Below are positions 13,216 through 26,229 of a stretch of DNA of 64,000 nt, piece after piece; the stretch's first letter is position 1, and each line of letters starts with the position of its first letter. The DNA is taken from NCBI GenBank assembly GCA_044892525.1, contig CM097885.1:53632001-53696000 (forward strand), in the 5' to 3' direction. Below the pieces are notes generated by a model, which made no database searches, had not been told where the DNA came from, and saw nothing but the letters and a program-made list of their open reading frames with translations. Source of the DNA: Schmidtea polychroa (Eukaryota). The position numbers were made by a program, and so were the translations under genes.

Positions 13216-13988
13216 TGGAAATGGCATATGAACATTTGGAACTCGATTACTATCTCGATATTTATAAGTTCCATCGACATTATTTGCTCCTTTGAAAGCT
13301 AAAAGAATTTTGATCAATTCTGCGTTCGTCTTCAGTGGGAATTCTTGACCAGTAAGATTAATAAAATATTTCCAATTTTTGAAATTTTTATAAAGTTCTT
13401 TCATGCAATTTAAATCTGCTTTCAATACAGTCATTTCACCCCATTGGACATCAACACGATTTGGAGTATTAATTATATTATTACGATTTTTATTTAAACA
13501 TCTCATTAAAGATCCAATTGCTTTAACGAAGTTTTTATCAGATTTAAGATCAACATGAATGCAATAATAATTCCAAGGTCTGTAAATCATTCTTAATAAT
13601 CTTTCAACTTGTGAAGCATCCTTGTAGACCAACAAACTGAATGCGACAGGGAAATTAATTTCCTCCTCATTAGCTTGTGAATTTACGAAATAGTTGGATT
13701 GATGAATAAAAGAATCACAGTCTAAGTCAATTTTTTGAAGTAATTCAAAATCTGAGTGTAACTCATGTTTTGGGACTTTCCAATTCTCTGCTGCAATGAA
13801 AACAGTAGGATCAGTATTTTCTATAAACAATTGTGAACAATTTGGTTCCACATTTACGGCAGGCAATGGAGAATAATATGGATCATTTAAGTTATAGTAA
13901 ATAAGCAAATAAAGACCAAATAATAGAATTACAAAAATTACTAATATTTTAAAATTTTTCCAATAGAAACGACGCTTGAGAATATTAA
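13216..13988 (-). CDS. Internal coding exon of a core-2/I-branching beta-1,6-N-acetylglucosaminyltransferase (GCNT, GT14)
   Basis: Type II membrane anchor (KRRFYWKNFKILVIFVILLFGLYLLIYY), then FPVAFSLLVYKD, YRPWNYYCIHVDLKS, VQWG, WKYFINLTGQEFPLKTN. Acceptor TTTAG just outside 13988 and donor GTGAGT just after 13216. Confidence 0.88.
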
Positions 13989-14965
13989 CTAAATTTTAAA
14001 TATATTTCAATATGATAGATTTTTAACAAATTACTGATATAATTCATTTTTAATTTAGTTTCTAATATTTTTACAAAATAACTCTAAATTAATACGTTTT
14101 GTATTCATTTATACATTTTATATTTGTCCCATTAAATTAGAATTTAGAATTGATAAAAAATATAATAAGATTTGAAAATAAGAATTTAAATTTCTTTGAG
14201 TAATTTTATAAAATATATATATTCAAACAAAACATAGTTTAAAATAATGGTTGAAACTCAAATTGTAAGTAGGCCGAAAGCACGACCTGAAAGTAGTTAA
14301 TAAGCCATATATAATAAGCCATATATTTATATATAATTTTTTATTACACATACAGAAAAGATATAAGAAATAGTACAAAAGCTCTTATTATTTCTGATTA
14401 TTTTTGTAATTTGAGATGTATTAAATCATCGGCCCCCTACCAACAACAATGAAACAGGTTGCGCAACAGAGTTTTGGGCAATGAGTGAATAATCGTGTTA
14501 AGGTATAAAGGTTTTGAGTTAGACGATGATGAGTATTTATTTGATTGTGGCTGTATACCACGAAAGCTCAATAAATAGGTTTGAGACGAATCAGGAACCA
14601 CCGCAAATTTTTATTAATAGTATAATTGTGAAGAAAAAGGTGAGTTCTAAGGAAGTGGAAGAAATGTTTAAAATTGAATTACCAAATTGGGAAAATGAAA
14701 TAATGGATAAAAATAATCAGACGCACGAGAAACAAGAAATGAGCAAAGATGAAATAGAAAATGAAACTGAAGAGATCATCGTTAAAAATGAGATGAAAAC
14801 TTATGTTAAAAATGAGGCATATATAACAGAGATGACGATTGATAATGATATTAAAGAAAACAATGCAGAAATTTGTATGAAATGAGATGTACGATAATAC
14901 AGAGATTCCAAGAGGAGAAAGATCAGAAGGACTCGAAGAAAACTGAGAAAGTTGTACGTGCTCTA

Positions 14966-16740
14966 GTGTAGTAAATTATTATATTTTTATTTTTTTATTA
15001 TTCATAACAAAATCCCAATTAGCCTTTTTTGTTATGACAGTGTTTGTACCTGAAGTGTCGGAGAAACGAAATGTTAAAATAAACTATATAGCGATAATTT
15101 ATTATAGTAAATTATCACTATAGTAAAATTAAAAATCAATAAAACATTAAAAGAAAATTTCAAAAAAATTTAAACCAATTCAACCTATTCAACATTTTCT
15201 AAAAACCTTCTATAACGAGATTATTGCCTGGAATTCTATCCTTATATTATCGAACAGAAGAGAAAGAATAATCTCAATTTAAACTATACAAAATTTGAAA
15301 GTGGTGAAAAATAACTGTTGGATGGCAGAGGAAGGAGAATTGAAGAATTTGAGCTGACCCACTATTATAGAACGGGCAGCAACAAGTTTAGAGTTAATAT
15401 TTACGTGGAACCCAAACAACCAAATAAGACAGATAAACCGGACAATTCAAAACATTGACAATTATTATTGTGATTTGATTATTGACTTTGACTTATCAGT
15501 GCATCTTATTTATTTTATTTTTGGGGTTATGTTTTATGTACATTATTTTATGTTTTGATTTTTTGTTAATATGTACATTAAAATAAATATATATTGGGAA
15601 CTTATTAATACAAATATATGGGAATTAATTATTAAAAATCAAAAAAGAAATTATAAATGTTCTTAAGATGTTCTTAATTTCGGTTAATAATTCAATAAGT
15701 AGTTATGAAACATATGTCAGTAATTTCATATACAAAAATAAAGGCATATGGTTTAAAGTGGAAAAAATAGTAAACGAAAATAATTAGCCTTCAGCAATTA
15801 TATGCTAGGAATAATAATAATTTTTCAATACTTTCATAATTATATAATAATAATTAATTTTTAGCAATAATACTTTTATAATTACACTTATAAAAACATA
15901 TTAGTTTAATTTCTTATAACCATATAATTATAAAAATATATTAATAGTTAGCATTTACCTCCTATAAGCACACTTATAAAAATATATTAATAATCACATA
16001 ATTAGCATTTACTTCTTATAAGTACACTTGTAAAAAATATATTAATTTAATTTCACAAACACAAAAACAGTATAAATAGCGATTCAAAATTCATTTCTTT
16101 CGCCCAAAATTTTAACCGCAATAACATACTAAAAAGGGTAATCCTTATTAGTGATAAAAATCGAACAGACAAAACAAAAAAGTTCAAAGGCCTACACGCA
16201 ACACAGCAAGAGAAACACAACATTCACACAGTACATACACGCATATTCAGTTGGATATTCAAAGATTTTGTAACCTAGAAGAATACGTTGTATTTGGTAA
16301 ATTTTCTTTATAATAAAAGTTTTAGCAAATACTCTGTCTTTTGATATATATATATATATATATATACATATATAAGAACCAGTAAGTTGAGTGTTCCCGA
16401 ATATCAAGACCTCAACATAACCAATAAATTTCAACCGGTTCAACATTTTCTAAAAATCCTCTAATTAGTGTGATTACTGTCTAGAATTCTATCCCTATAT
16501 TATTGAACAGAAGAAGAAAGAATAATCCCAATTTAAACTATACGAAATTTCAAAGTCGTGAATAATAAGCAATAAAATACAACCGATTCAACATTTTCGA
16601 GAAATCTTCTATTTGACGAAATTCTTGTCTAGAATTCTATCCCTATATTACTGAACAGAAGGAGAAAGAAAAATCCCAATTTAAACTATACGAAATTTCA
16701 AAATGCTGAATAATAAACAAAAGATTTCAACTGATCCTGC
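14966..16740 (+). repeat. Long LTR-like repeat, homologous to 24735-26170, with internal ~135-bp duplications
   Basis: Starts TGTAG. Shares ordered blocks with the 24.7-26.2 kb region (GCGATAATTTA..TAAATTATC, GTTGGATG.CAG.G..GAAGAATTGAA, AACACAAC, GACCTCAACA). The block at 15190-15315 recurs twice at 16440-16720. Confidence 0.55.
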
Positions 16741-16764
16741 GAATCGCCTACAAAATACCTAAAG

Positions 16765-18078
16765 CAGGGGTGGCGAACCTTTTTTAGATTGCGTGTCAAT
16801 ATTTTAAAATTGAAAAATAAAAACACGCTGGCGTGCCAAGTACATTTTTTAGTATTTTAATTGATTCCGTTACATACCATGTGTTCACATTAAATGTTTC
16901 AATTCTAGTTTAGTCAAAAAGAATAATTATAACTACAATTTTAACAAAACTACAATTAACGTGATTTAGTGACTTAGTAAAATCAATGTGACTTTCGCTG
17001 TTGTATGGCGGATGATAGAAGTTTTATATCTGGAGAATATTTTGTATTCTTCAAAGCTACACAAGCTGGACTAAAGTCATCAGTCAAACTGTTTCTGGTG
17101 TCTGATTTTATAAATTTCATCGATGAAAACAATGATTCGCACGAGTAACTAGATGAGAAAATTGACAAAATCGCAATCGCTACTTTTTTCAGAGTTGAAA
17201 GTTTCAGGAAGACAATTCCAGACACTGAGCACCTCGTTTTCAGCTGGTAGCTGCAGTTCTGATCCATTGCAGCTCTCACGTTCAATTCTTTCTAGTCGCA
17301 CTCGTAAGTCAACAAACCTTTGTTCCAAAATTGAACTGGACTGTAGCTCAACTAACTGCATTTAAAAAACTTGTAATTCCATCCAGTCGAAAATTGTTAA
17401 ATCCAAATTTTCAAACTCGACTATATCTGGATATTTTATAAATTTTGTTGTGTCTTCAAACTTTCAAAACTGAACAAAACAAACTAAAAATTGTTCGAGG
17501 GTTGCGTCGATTGTCTCTGAAAATAACAAAATCCGAGCTTCTTCGACAACGGTTTCATGGATTTCTATTTTAGTATAAAATCTTTTAAGTCTTTGAAAAT
17601 ATTGAAATTCTTGTTTTTCCAAATCACGTTTGGAAATTTTAAACTTCTTTTCAAATGCTTTTATAACGTCAAAAGCCTCGTTAACGGTTTTTCCAAAACC
17701 TTGCAACTTAGTGTTAAGTTCATTTAGATTTAAAGTAAAATCTGTAAAGAACATTAGTCTGCATTAGTCAACATCAGTTAACTCTGAATACTTCTGTTTG
17801 TTGTCTTCCATAAACACTCGAATTTAATCAAGGCATTCCACGAAACGTTCCAACACACGACCTTTGCTAAGCCAGAACACAATTGTACATTAGTAACCCA
17901 GAGTAAACGGACTGGACTTCTTTTAACAGCAGTTCAAATTTTCTCTTATTCAAAGCACGAGCAGTAAAGAAATTTACAATTTTTGTTACAATTTTCATAA
18001 CATCTTCAAGTTTCTTCAAACCAGATTTTGCACACAAGGCTTCTTGGTGCACAATACAGTGAAACGCAACCAGCGGGT
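16765..18078 (-). mobile_element. Truncated hAT transposon (Buster/SPIN, GTF2IRD2/EPM2AIP1-like transposase pseudogene)
   Basis: Frameshifted pieces FHCIVHQEALC, FFTDFTLNLNELNTKLQG, SSYSCESLFSSMKFIKS...QRKSH*. TIR CAGGGGTGGCGAACC at 16765 is preceded by ACCTAAAG (nnnTAnnn). Confidence 0.9.
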
Positions 18079-18273
18079 AGTAGGTACAAGTGCGCTGCAT
18101 GACTCATCGTTAAACAAAGACATATGACTCATAGGTGACTCATAACAAAGAACATGACTCATGCACCACCCGGTTAGTCATAAATGACGTCAACGATGAC
18201 TCATCATACATATGACTCATCCGGGTGACTCACTACACATGACTCATCCTAGTGACACATTAAGGGTGACTCA
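18079..18273. promoter_or_regulatory. Cluster of AP-1 (TGACTCA) sites plus one CRE, probably the end of another mobile element
   Basis: Perfect TGACTCA at 18100, 18125, 18136, 18155, 18197, 18213, 18226, 18240 and 18267; TGACGTCA at 18185. The block starts with AGTAGG exactly where the hAT homology stops. Confidence 0.65.
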
Positions 18274-18641
18274 TTTCAAAATTAAATTTTAAAAGGGTCA
18301 AATGATGTCAAACTTCATGGGTATCATTCAAAAGGTCTTGAAGAGCACTATCTAATGGTCATACCCTTGAAGGTTTAAGATGTATCCTTAACCTTCCAAA
18401 GGTCAAAAACCTTCGACGTTTTAAAAACTATATAATATAGGTATCATACTAAAGGTAATTCAATATGTTGTCCAATAGTCTAAACTACCGCAACGTAATA
18501 ATATTGTTAACAAATTGAAAGTAATATTAACAAAGACAATGCAGTTTTAATGCAATATTAACAAAGATCCTTCAATCCATGTGCATAATCAAACAATTAC
18601 TACTCTACTACTACTAATTTACAATCATTTTAATAATAATG

Positions 18642-18701
<60 letters not shown>

Positions 18702-19353
18702 TTAATAACAATAATAAAATAGATTAATACATTTATTAAACAATAAAATAATTTAAAATTAAGAATGGTAATCTACATATTGATGTACTCATATTTGCAG
18801 CAATATTGTTTGAAATTGGTAACCATTCCTTGCTATAATTTTCAGTTTTACAATCAGCGAATAACCAGCAAACTTGGCAATGCATTTTTCATTTTTTAGG
18901 AAATCATTTTTTACTGACCCCCAAAACTTGTAAACATTTTAAATAACTTAAATAAAATTTCCTTAGAGGAGGAAAAAAGAGGAAAAAGTACATTAAATAG
19001 TATAATGTTTTAGTTTTGAAAAAATAGTTTTGACAAAAATTTCTCTAATTTTTCAGTAAAGTAATTTTGTTGATCACAACTCCTTCGTATCGCCATCGGA
19101 GGTTGATTAAATCTATAAAACGGCTTTATTGAATTATATTGAATTATACTATAAACTACTTTATATTTATTAAATGAGATTTTGAAAAATGGTTAAGAAA
19201 TGCACAAGTTTGCTATCAAATGCAAAACATGTGGCCTTGTGGTAAAAAGTATTTTAATGAAAATATTTTATGACAATAGAAATAAACAAATTCAAAATCA
19301 ATATTTTCTTTAAATATTTATTTAAAATAGCATTAAAACAAAATATAAAATTA

Positions 19354-22131
19354 TCAATTTATAGCTGAAAGTTGGTTTCTTATCCATTCATGAATTGTTG
19401 ATTTCAGTTCTGGCATAGGAATCAGATCTTCATATTCCAATGGTAATCTATTGAATGGATCACAAGTATCATTCAACAAATGGCGTTTAATGACCTTTCT
19501 GTCGATAATGGTCTTAGATATCGGGATCATCACTGGATCAGTCATTATTGTATCCATGATTGGATCACGATATTCATCTGGAACATTATCAAAGTCCATA
19601 TTTTCAATTGCGTCTTCTTTTCTCAAATTTAGAGCCAAATTCATCATCGAAATCAATCGATCTTGATGATGAGGAAGAATGAGATTTTTTCCTTGAATAA
19701 CTGAAATGATCGTCTTGATTGAATCTTCATTAAAATATCTTTCTTCTCTCGCAATAGCTTTGATAAAATCTGGACATTCCAAATTGAAATAAATGGACAA
19801 AAACAGCTCAACTAATTCTTTTGGTCGAAAATTGTACTTTGTTGAATTCTGTATTATCAATTGATGACGCTTTGGACCAACCAATTCGTTTATGATATGA
19901 TTGAGCATTGATGTGAATTTATCAACAATTTCTTCATTCATAAACAAGTATTGAGCACGAGATGATAACTCGAGAATCATTGCACAGTACGACTTAGTCA
20001 AAGCTATTCCAGATCCAATCATTCTTTCAGATTGTTGAAGCTGTTCAGTAACCGACTGCTGATCATTGGAAGATAATGTATGGAATATTTTCTTCTTCTC
20101 TTCGGCGATTTTCAGTCTCTTAATCGAATCAATCGTGTCATCCATTAGATATGTAATGTCGTTGCAGGTGAGGTTAATAAATCTGATCATCAATTCTTTG
20201 TCTAAATTGTTAAAGTGTGGCAGAGATTTCCACTCTTCGACTATAATATTACCGATCAAGTTGCGAATGGAAAACTTTTCATAGAAATCTGAGTGTGCAC
20301 CGGTCTTCTCGACGAAAATGTAATATTTAATCAAACTAGTAAATACTTTCCCATTCATATCATGCGCTGCCCATATAGATTTGACATTTTGAAAATGTCC
20401 TTGAGAAATTAGCTGAGTTATAACAAAAAGATTTCTAACAAATTTTGCCACTAAATATGGCGACTGAAACTGCTCGTAATTGTTGATGACGTCAATTATT
20501 AGTTTAATCAAATTCGTATATTCAAATGAATTAAAGAGGAAGACAATATTTGAAGGAGATTCGAAAACTGCTGTCAATACCTCACTGATATTTTCAAAGA
20601 TAAATTGAGGCAAATATTTGAACCGGCTCTCAGTCGGAGAATGAACTGAAACGAATTTTGAAACCATTTCATAAAATCTCAAAGCCGATTTCAAGAATTC
20701 TTCACAGAAAATAACATTTTCCAAAGCTTTGAATATTTTAACAGATTTCTCATATTCAATATTATACTTATTCAATTCTGCTTGAGCTCTTGGATCGTTT
20801 AGTTGATTTCGGCTCTTTAAAATATTTGTCATTTCTTCAATATATTTTTTGATTTCAAGAGATTTCTTTTTAATTTCTTTATGTTTCCTCAACATTGCAA
20901 CTATGGATATATTATGACTGAGCAAAGTCAAATAGAAACATTCAGTATGAAAGTTTGTTTCAGTTATCTCAGTTTCCGATGCTAATTGATGAGAATATTT
21001 CAACAAATCATTAAGGTCAGCTGCAACTCTGGTTTCATCTGCTAAAACTCGTCCAATATGCTCTTTATCCGTGCAAGTGGCGTTTTTGTTTAAATAATCT
21101 AGGTTGACCTTGGACAAATCAACCTTGTAAACTAGTTGCTGCAATGAAAAATTGATGTTGTTGGTGAATCCGAATCCACTGACTTTTGTTTCATCGCATT
21201 GTAAAGCTGTCCGTTTGATGTTAATACAAACCGCTTTGTTGAGATAATTTAACATAAACTTTCTGGTGGTTGGTTTTAGATATATTCTAAATATTTGATG
21301 CTGTTTTTCCCACAAATTCGAGACTTTGGCATTGATTGAGTTTGTTAATTGATGAAGATCTTCAAGTGCTCCATTGTCATCATAGAATGAACTTATTCCT
21401 AAAATGCCTCCCAAATGAGTGTTTTCTTGAAATGATTTCCCATCAACTTCTAATGATGAATTCGGCATCCAATTCGGTAAAGTGACCACGAATTCTCTAA
21501 TATGATCATGGTTTATTAACTCTATATATTTATTGAGCAATATAATCAGGTGATTTGATAATAAACTTGTATGATAAATAATCTGAGAAAGGTTGCTAAA
21601 GATTGCATGGAAGGTGACCATTTCTTCGTTTTCTTTATTCTTCAAATTCAACACGGCTGTACTGAACCAATCATTTGGTATGAAATTGGACAGTAAATAC
21701 GGAAGAATTATTGAAATTGATTCAGATGTGGCAGTAAAACTATTGATATATCTGTAACAAATTGATTTACTGCTGTCAATGAATTCACGATGAGCCCCAT
21801 TAGAATATAACGTGATATTTTTGTATAGATTCATAAAGGTAAAGAAATGCAAATGTTGTTGATGTATCGCACTAATAAAAAATGAATTGATTGCTGGATA
21901 AAATTCCGAACTGTTGTTGGGATTGACTGATAAAAGAAAAGGTGGATAATTAAATTGAGAACAAAATTTAACATATTCTCCAGTATTTGGAGTAATTAGC
22001 AGTTGCAACATAACATTTTCAATTATATCTGAGATTTCATTATCAAAATTAATATCTAAATTATAAACTTCTTCTTTGGTGATCTTGAGAATAATTCTCA
22101 AAAAGTTTTCAATTTCATTGGAATTGTTCAT
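19354..22131 (-). CDS. UFD2: Ubiquitin conjugation factor E4 (UFD2/UBE4 family U-box ligase), single-exon ORF of 925 aa
   Basis: Ufd2P core motifs (NFHTECFYLT, SPYLVAKFV, FYEKFSIR, RFINLTCNDITYLMDD, LVGPK, YNFRPKEL) and a C-terminal U-box (VPDEYRDPIMDTIMTDPV...RHLLND..DPFNRLPL). Confidence 0.95.
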   Translation of the reverse strand: MNNSNEIENFLRIILKITKEEVYNLDINFDNEISDIIENVMLQLLITPNTGEYVKFCSQFNYPPFLLSVNPNNSSEFYPAINSFFISAIHQQHLHFFTFMNLYKNITLYSNGAHREFIDSSKSICYRYINSFTATSESISIILPYLLSNFIPNDWFSTAVLNLKNKENEEMVTFHAIFSNLSQIIYHTSLLSNHLIILLNKYIELINHDHIREFVVTLPNWMPNSSLEVDGKSFQENTHLGGILGISSFYDDNGALEDLHQLTNSINAKVSNLWEKQHQIFRIYLKPTTRKFMLNYLNKAVCINIKRTALQCDETKVSGFGFTNNINFSLQQLVYKVDLSKVNLDYLNKNATCTDKEHIGRVLADETRVAADLNDLLKYSHQLASETEITETNFHTECFYLTLLSHNISIVAMLRKHKEIKKKSLEIKKYIEEMTNILKSRNQLNDPRAQAELNKYNIEYEKSVKIFKALENVIFCEEFLKSALRFYEMVSKFVSVHSPTESRFKYLPQFIFENISEVLTAVFESPSNIVFLFNSFEYTNLIKLIIDVINNYEQFQSPYLVAKFVRNLFVITQLISQGHFQNVKSIWAAHDMNGKVFTSLIKYYIFVEKTGAHSDFYEKFSIRNLIGNIIVEEWKSLPHFNNLDKELMIRFINLTCNDITYLMDDTIDSIKRLKIAEEKKKIFHTLSSNDQQSVTEQLQQSERMIGSGIALTKSYCAMILELSSRAQYLFMNEEIVDKFTSMLNHIINELVGPKRHQLIIQNSTKYNFRPKELVELFLSIYFNLECPDFIKAIAREERYFNEDSIKTIISVIQGKNLILPHHQDRLISMMNLALNLRKEDAIENMDFDNVPDEYRDPIMDTIMTDPVMIPISKTIIDRKVIKRHLLNDTCDPFNRLPLEYEDLIPMPELKSTIHEWIRNQLSAIN

Positions 22132-22746
22132 TTCAAAATAAAAATTATGTGAATCTTTAAATTAATTTTTCGAACAAATTTTATTTTATTATTTTAATAT
22201 GTAATTTAAAATTTTTAATTGATATTATTTAAATAAAATTTTAAAATTTAATAAAATATTTTATTTATTACATTTTTAAAATTATAAAAATATGGAATGG
22301 TAGTAATTGGTAGATTTTATTTGAAAGTTTTATTTGAAATTAAAGAAAATTAATTATTTATATTTTAAATTTTTTAGGGCATTTTTATTATCTTTTTAAT
22401 TATTTTTCAATAAATCATGTCAGTGAAAATTTAAATTTTATATTCTATATAAATATAATTTTAAATATCAAATTTTAAATTTAAATCTCAAATATTGTAT
22501 AATAATAACATATTTACTTCTTTAAATTTTCACCTCTGACATATTTTCAATTGACATTGTATTTATTTATTAAAAAATTGACTATGAATCAGTTAAGATA
22601 TCTATGTTTTTTTAATATTCACGAATTTTCTGGATAATCTTTTTCAAGTGTAAAAATAAAAGACTGTCCCGAAAATTCGTTAATATAAAAAACATATCTT
22701 TCATATCTTTACTGATTCATAGTCAATGTTTTAATAAATAAATATA

Positions 22747-23117
22747 CAGTGGCGTACCAAGGATTTCTGGGGCCCTTGTGCAGATTTTGGGACGCACAAA
22801 ATTTGACGTTTTATTAATAAACAAGTCCTCATCACATAAAAAAAACCAACGTCAAGTAAAGCAAATAATTTAATAGATGAATGGGTGTGACATATGTGGT
22901 TTACAACTATATCCAATATAGATTCCTAATAATATTAAATGTATAAACCGTCCAAACTGTGGTTGCTGTCTTAATAAAAACAAAACAAACGCCAAAGCGA
23001 TGCTTGGTTTGATGACAATCGGGGAATTTATAATGCTCGAACGTATAAATTTTACTAATTTTTCGTCCTGGGCCCTTGTGCCATGCACAACCTGCACAAC
23101 CTATTGCTACGCCACTG
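22747..23117. mobile_element. hAT-type MITE (371 bp)
   Basis: TIRs CAGTGGCGTA / TACGCCACTG with a perfect 8-bp TSD TAAATATA on both sides; subterminal GGGCCCTTGTGC repeats. Confidence 0.92.
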
Positions 23118-23934
23118 TAAATATAACATATATTAAATATATTTAAATTGTATTAATAAATTTGAATGTCTTCAAAAGTTAGTGATTCAATATAATAGAA
23201 AATTATAATTCTAAGAGAATGCCTAATTTTCAATATTTATTTATTTATTTAAATTTTTAATTTCTTTAAATTACACTTTTTCTTGTTTTTATATTTTTAC
23301 AAGAATTTAAATTTATTTATTCTGAAAAAATTATTGAAATGTTATTATAAAAAAATATTAAATTTATACTTTAGTTACTGTGAGAATATAATTAAATTAA
23401 TTAAATAAATAAATAAAAGTAAAATAAAATATTAAAAAATGCATTAATGGAATTATTGATGATTGTTTTTTGTTGTGAATTATAAAAAACATAAATATTT
23501 CAATAATATAGAATGCCTATTAGATTCAAATGTTTATAGTGATTCGTGTGTTGAATGAATGTTTTAATATCTTTACTGTAATTTGAAGATAATGTAAATT
23601 TTGATTAATGTTTTAGTATAATTAATAATAACATGATAATATAAATGGGAGACCTAATATTTCAATTATTATTAATAATAATGAATATTGGTGTTTATTA
23701 GATACAAGGAAATATATGTTATTAAACAGTTTGGATGTAAATAAAATTGAACAGTTGAAAGATAAAATATTAAAATATTGTTGGATAAATATAATTGCAT
23801 TTTTATAAAACTTAAATGAGATGTAAGTAAAACAAACTTATCAATCCATAAGATTTTTTATATGAGCATTACATAAATATTGAAAGTGTACTAAAATGAC
23901 TTGTTGGATTAAATATTAGTTCATCAAAGAGCCA

Positions 23935-24240
23935 ATTTTTAAAAGGTGAAGTAAAGTTTTTCGGACACATTATAAGTAAAAGTGGTGTTAAAACAGATTT
24001 ATATAAACTCCAATATATTCAACAATTCGTTAGACCGAAGTTAATAAACCAATTAAGGAGTTTTTTAGGACTAACTAACTATTGTAGAAAATTCACAAAC
24101 GATTACACAGAGAATTCCAAAAAAATTAAAAATATTTTGTGGGAGCAAAGAAAAGAAATGGATTTTGACTGATGATTATGAGAAGGCTTCTGTCGAACCT
24201 AAAGATAAATTAATAAATACAATTTATTTGAAGTTCTCAT
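23935..24240 (+). mobile_element. Gypsy reverse transcriptase C-terminal fragment
   Basis: FLKGEVKFFGHIISKSGVKTD...QLRSFLGLTNYCRKF. Confidence 0.85.
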
Positions 24241-24734
24241 AATTCTGTTGAGGTCAGTAAATTAAAATAAATTTAGGTTGAAAATTTAAATAAAATGTAG
24301 GTTGAAGGAAAAAGACAAATAAAAGCGTGATCATGCACAGAATTGATAGTAAAGGAAAGTATGATGGAAGCAGTATTAGGAAATGCAAAAGCAGTTGCGA
24401 AAGGCAAGAATCCGGAAATCCGAAAAAAATCAATAAATTGTAAATTTATCGAAATTGAATTGGGAAAACGGGATAGGTATAAATTGGTCAACAAGGTAAT
24501 GATTAGGAAATTATCAGGAAATGGTTAGAAAGGGTCGAAAAGCATTCGAATGTGTTAAAACAGAAAATCGTAAATTAATTAATTAATTGGCTAATAAAAA
24601 ACCCGAACTAATAGGAAACCCGAATCAATGGAGAACCCGAGAGACGAAGAAAACCCGATCTCGAATAACATAAAAAGTTAACAAAATCAGAATCTCGGAA
24701 GGCCATCATCATGATAGCATGATTAATGGAGATT

Positions 24735-26170
24735 GTAATGTACAGTTATATATTTTATTTATTTTTAAACAAGGTTTTGCGACGCCTTGTTATTTTGTTG
24801 AGCGTAGGTCGCGCTGGAAAATGAAATAAAAAACTATTTAGCGATAATTTACTATTGTAAATTATCGCTATATAAAAATAGACAAAAAAATTAAAAGTTT
24901 AAAAAAATTCAATAACGTTAATTAAAAAAAGCTTTTCGGATAACTTGTAAACTTTCAATAAGTAATTATGTTGGATGACAGGGGTCGAAGAATTGAAAAA
25001 TTCGAGTTAACAAAGTATTATCAAACAGGCCCGAATCGATACCGGGTGAATATATTCGCAGAAAGAAGACTGTTCCCAAACAATCAAGCGTGATTTAACA
25101 ATTACTATATTAAGAGACAAATGTGATTTAATCTTTCTAACAATAATGAATCTCTGGGATTGTATATTTTATAACAATTTATATCCTCATCTTTATTTTA
25201 TTGTATATGGTATAAGCTGCATATTTTAGTTTAGATTGTATCTTTCATTTTTATATGCTGTATAGATTCACATTTTATTTTTTTTATATTGTAGTAATTC
25301 ATATTTTATTTTTTTACAATGTAGTAATTTATACTCTTATATCCTTTTGTACAATATATTATAATAATTTATATTTTAATTACATTTAAATAATCCACAA
25401 AAAAGGGAAATATAAAATCTGGGTAAATAAAGAAACAATTTATTAAGTAAATAAGGAAGGTCGCAGTTGGGAAATAACCCATGTGTGAGTTCTGAATAAA
25501 TAAAAAGAAGAGAGGAAAATTTGGTAAATAAACAAGAGAAGTAGTTTTGAGTCCGTTTGAATGTGGGTATTGTGTAAGAACAAATAAATGGGGTTTCCTT
25601 CTGTGGATTGAGTAAATAAAAATTCAGTATATATACTGAACCAAAAATCACAAAATTCGCCCAAAAAATAAGCGATTAGTACTGCTTTAGAAGGTAAATC
25701 CTTACAAAGCATAAAAATCAGACAGACACTACAAAAACGTCTAAAGGTTATCACAAGCAACACAACACGCACATATAACACGCACACACAAAACACAACA
25801 CGCATCGTGAAAGTAAATCAAAAAGAGTTTGAAGTGAATAATTGATTGTAAAAGAGTTTGGAAACGAGAGATTGATTTTGAAGTTATTCAAGCCGATAAT
25901 TTGAATTGGTAAAAAATTTTATATTAATAAATTTTAGTTACAAATTTGGCCTTTGTGTTTTCATATTTATATATTTATATAGTTATAACCAGTGCACGTT
26001 GGGTTTCAATAAATATTATTGAGACCTCAACAATTATATCCAAATAACTGGAATATTCAATTAGTAAATATTCCCAAATAACTGGAACATTCAATCAGTA
26101 ATTATATCCGAATAACCGGAAAAACAAATCAGTAATTATATCCAAACTAACCAGAATAAATTTCGTGTCG
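24735..26170 (+). repeat. Long LTR-like repeat (second, diverged copy) with ~30-bp tandem units at 26030-26155
   Basis: Starts TGTAA downstream of the RT relic; collinear similarity to 14966-16740. Confidence 0.55.
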
Positions 26171-26229
26171 GAGAAAAAGAAATAATAACAAGGTCGCTTA
26201 ATTAATTAATTTTATATTTAATAAAAGTT

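Noticed and set aside
14526..14885. 119-aa Glu/Lys-rich ORF
   Set aside because: Low complexity with no recognisable domain; probably retroelement 3' region.
19451..20284. Short antisense ORFs within UFD2 (and similar ones within Polinton genes)
   Set aside because: Shadow ORFs on the opposite strand of real coding sequence.
14966..26170. A single LTR element that captured the UFD2 gene between two LTRs
   Set aside because: The two LTR-like copies are strongly diverged, each appears to be preceded by its own internal-region relic, and no shared TSD was found.
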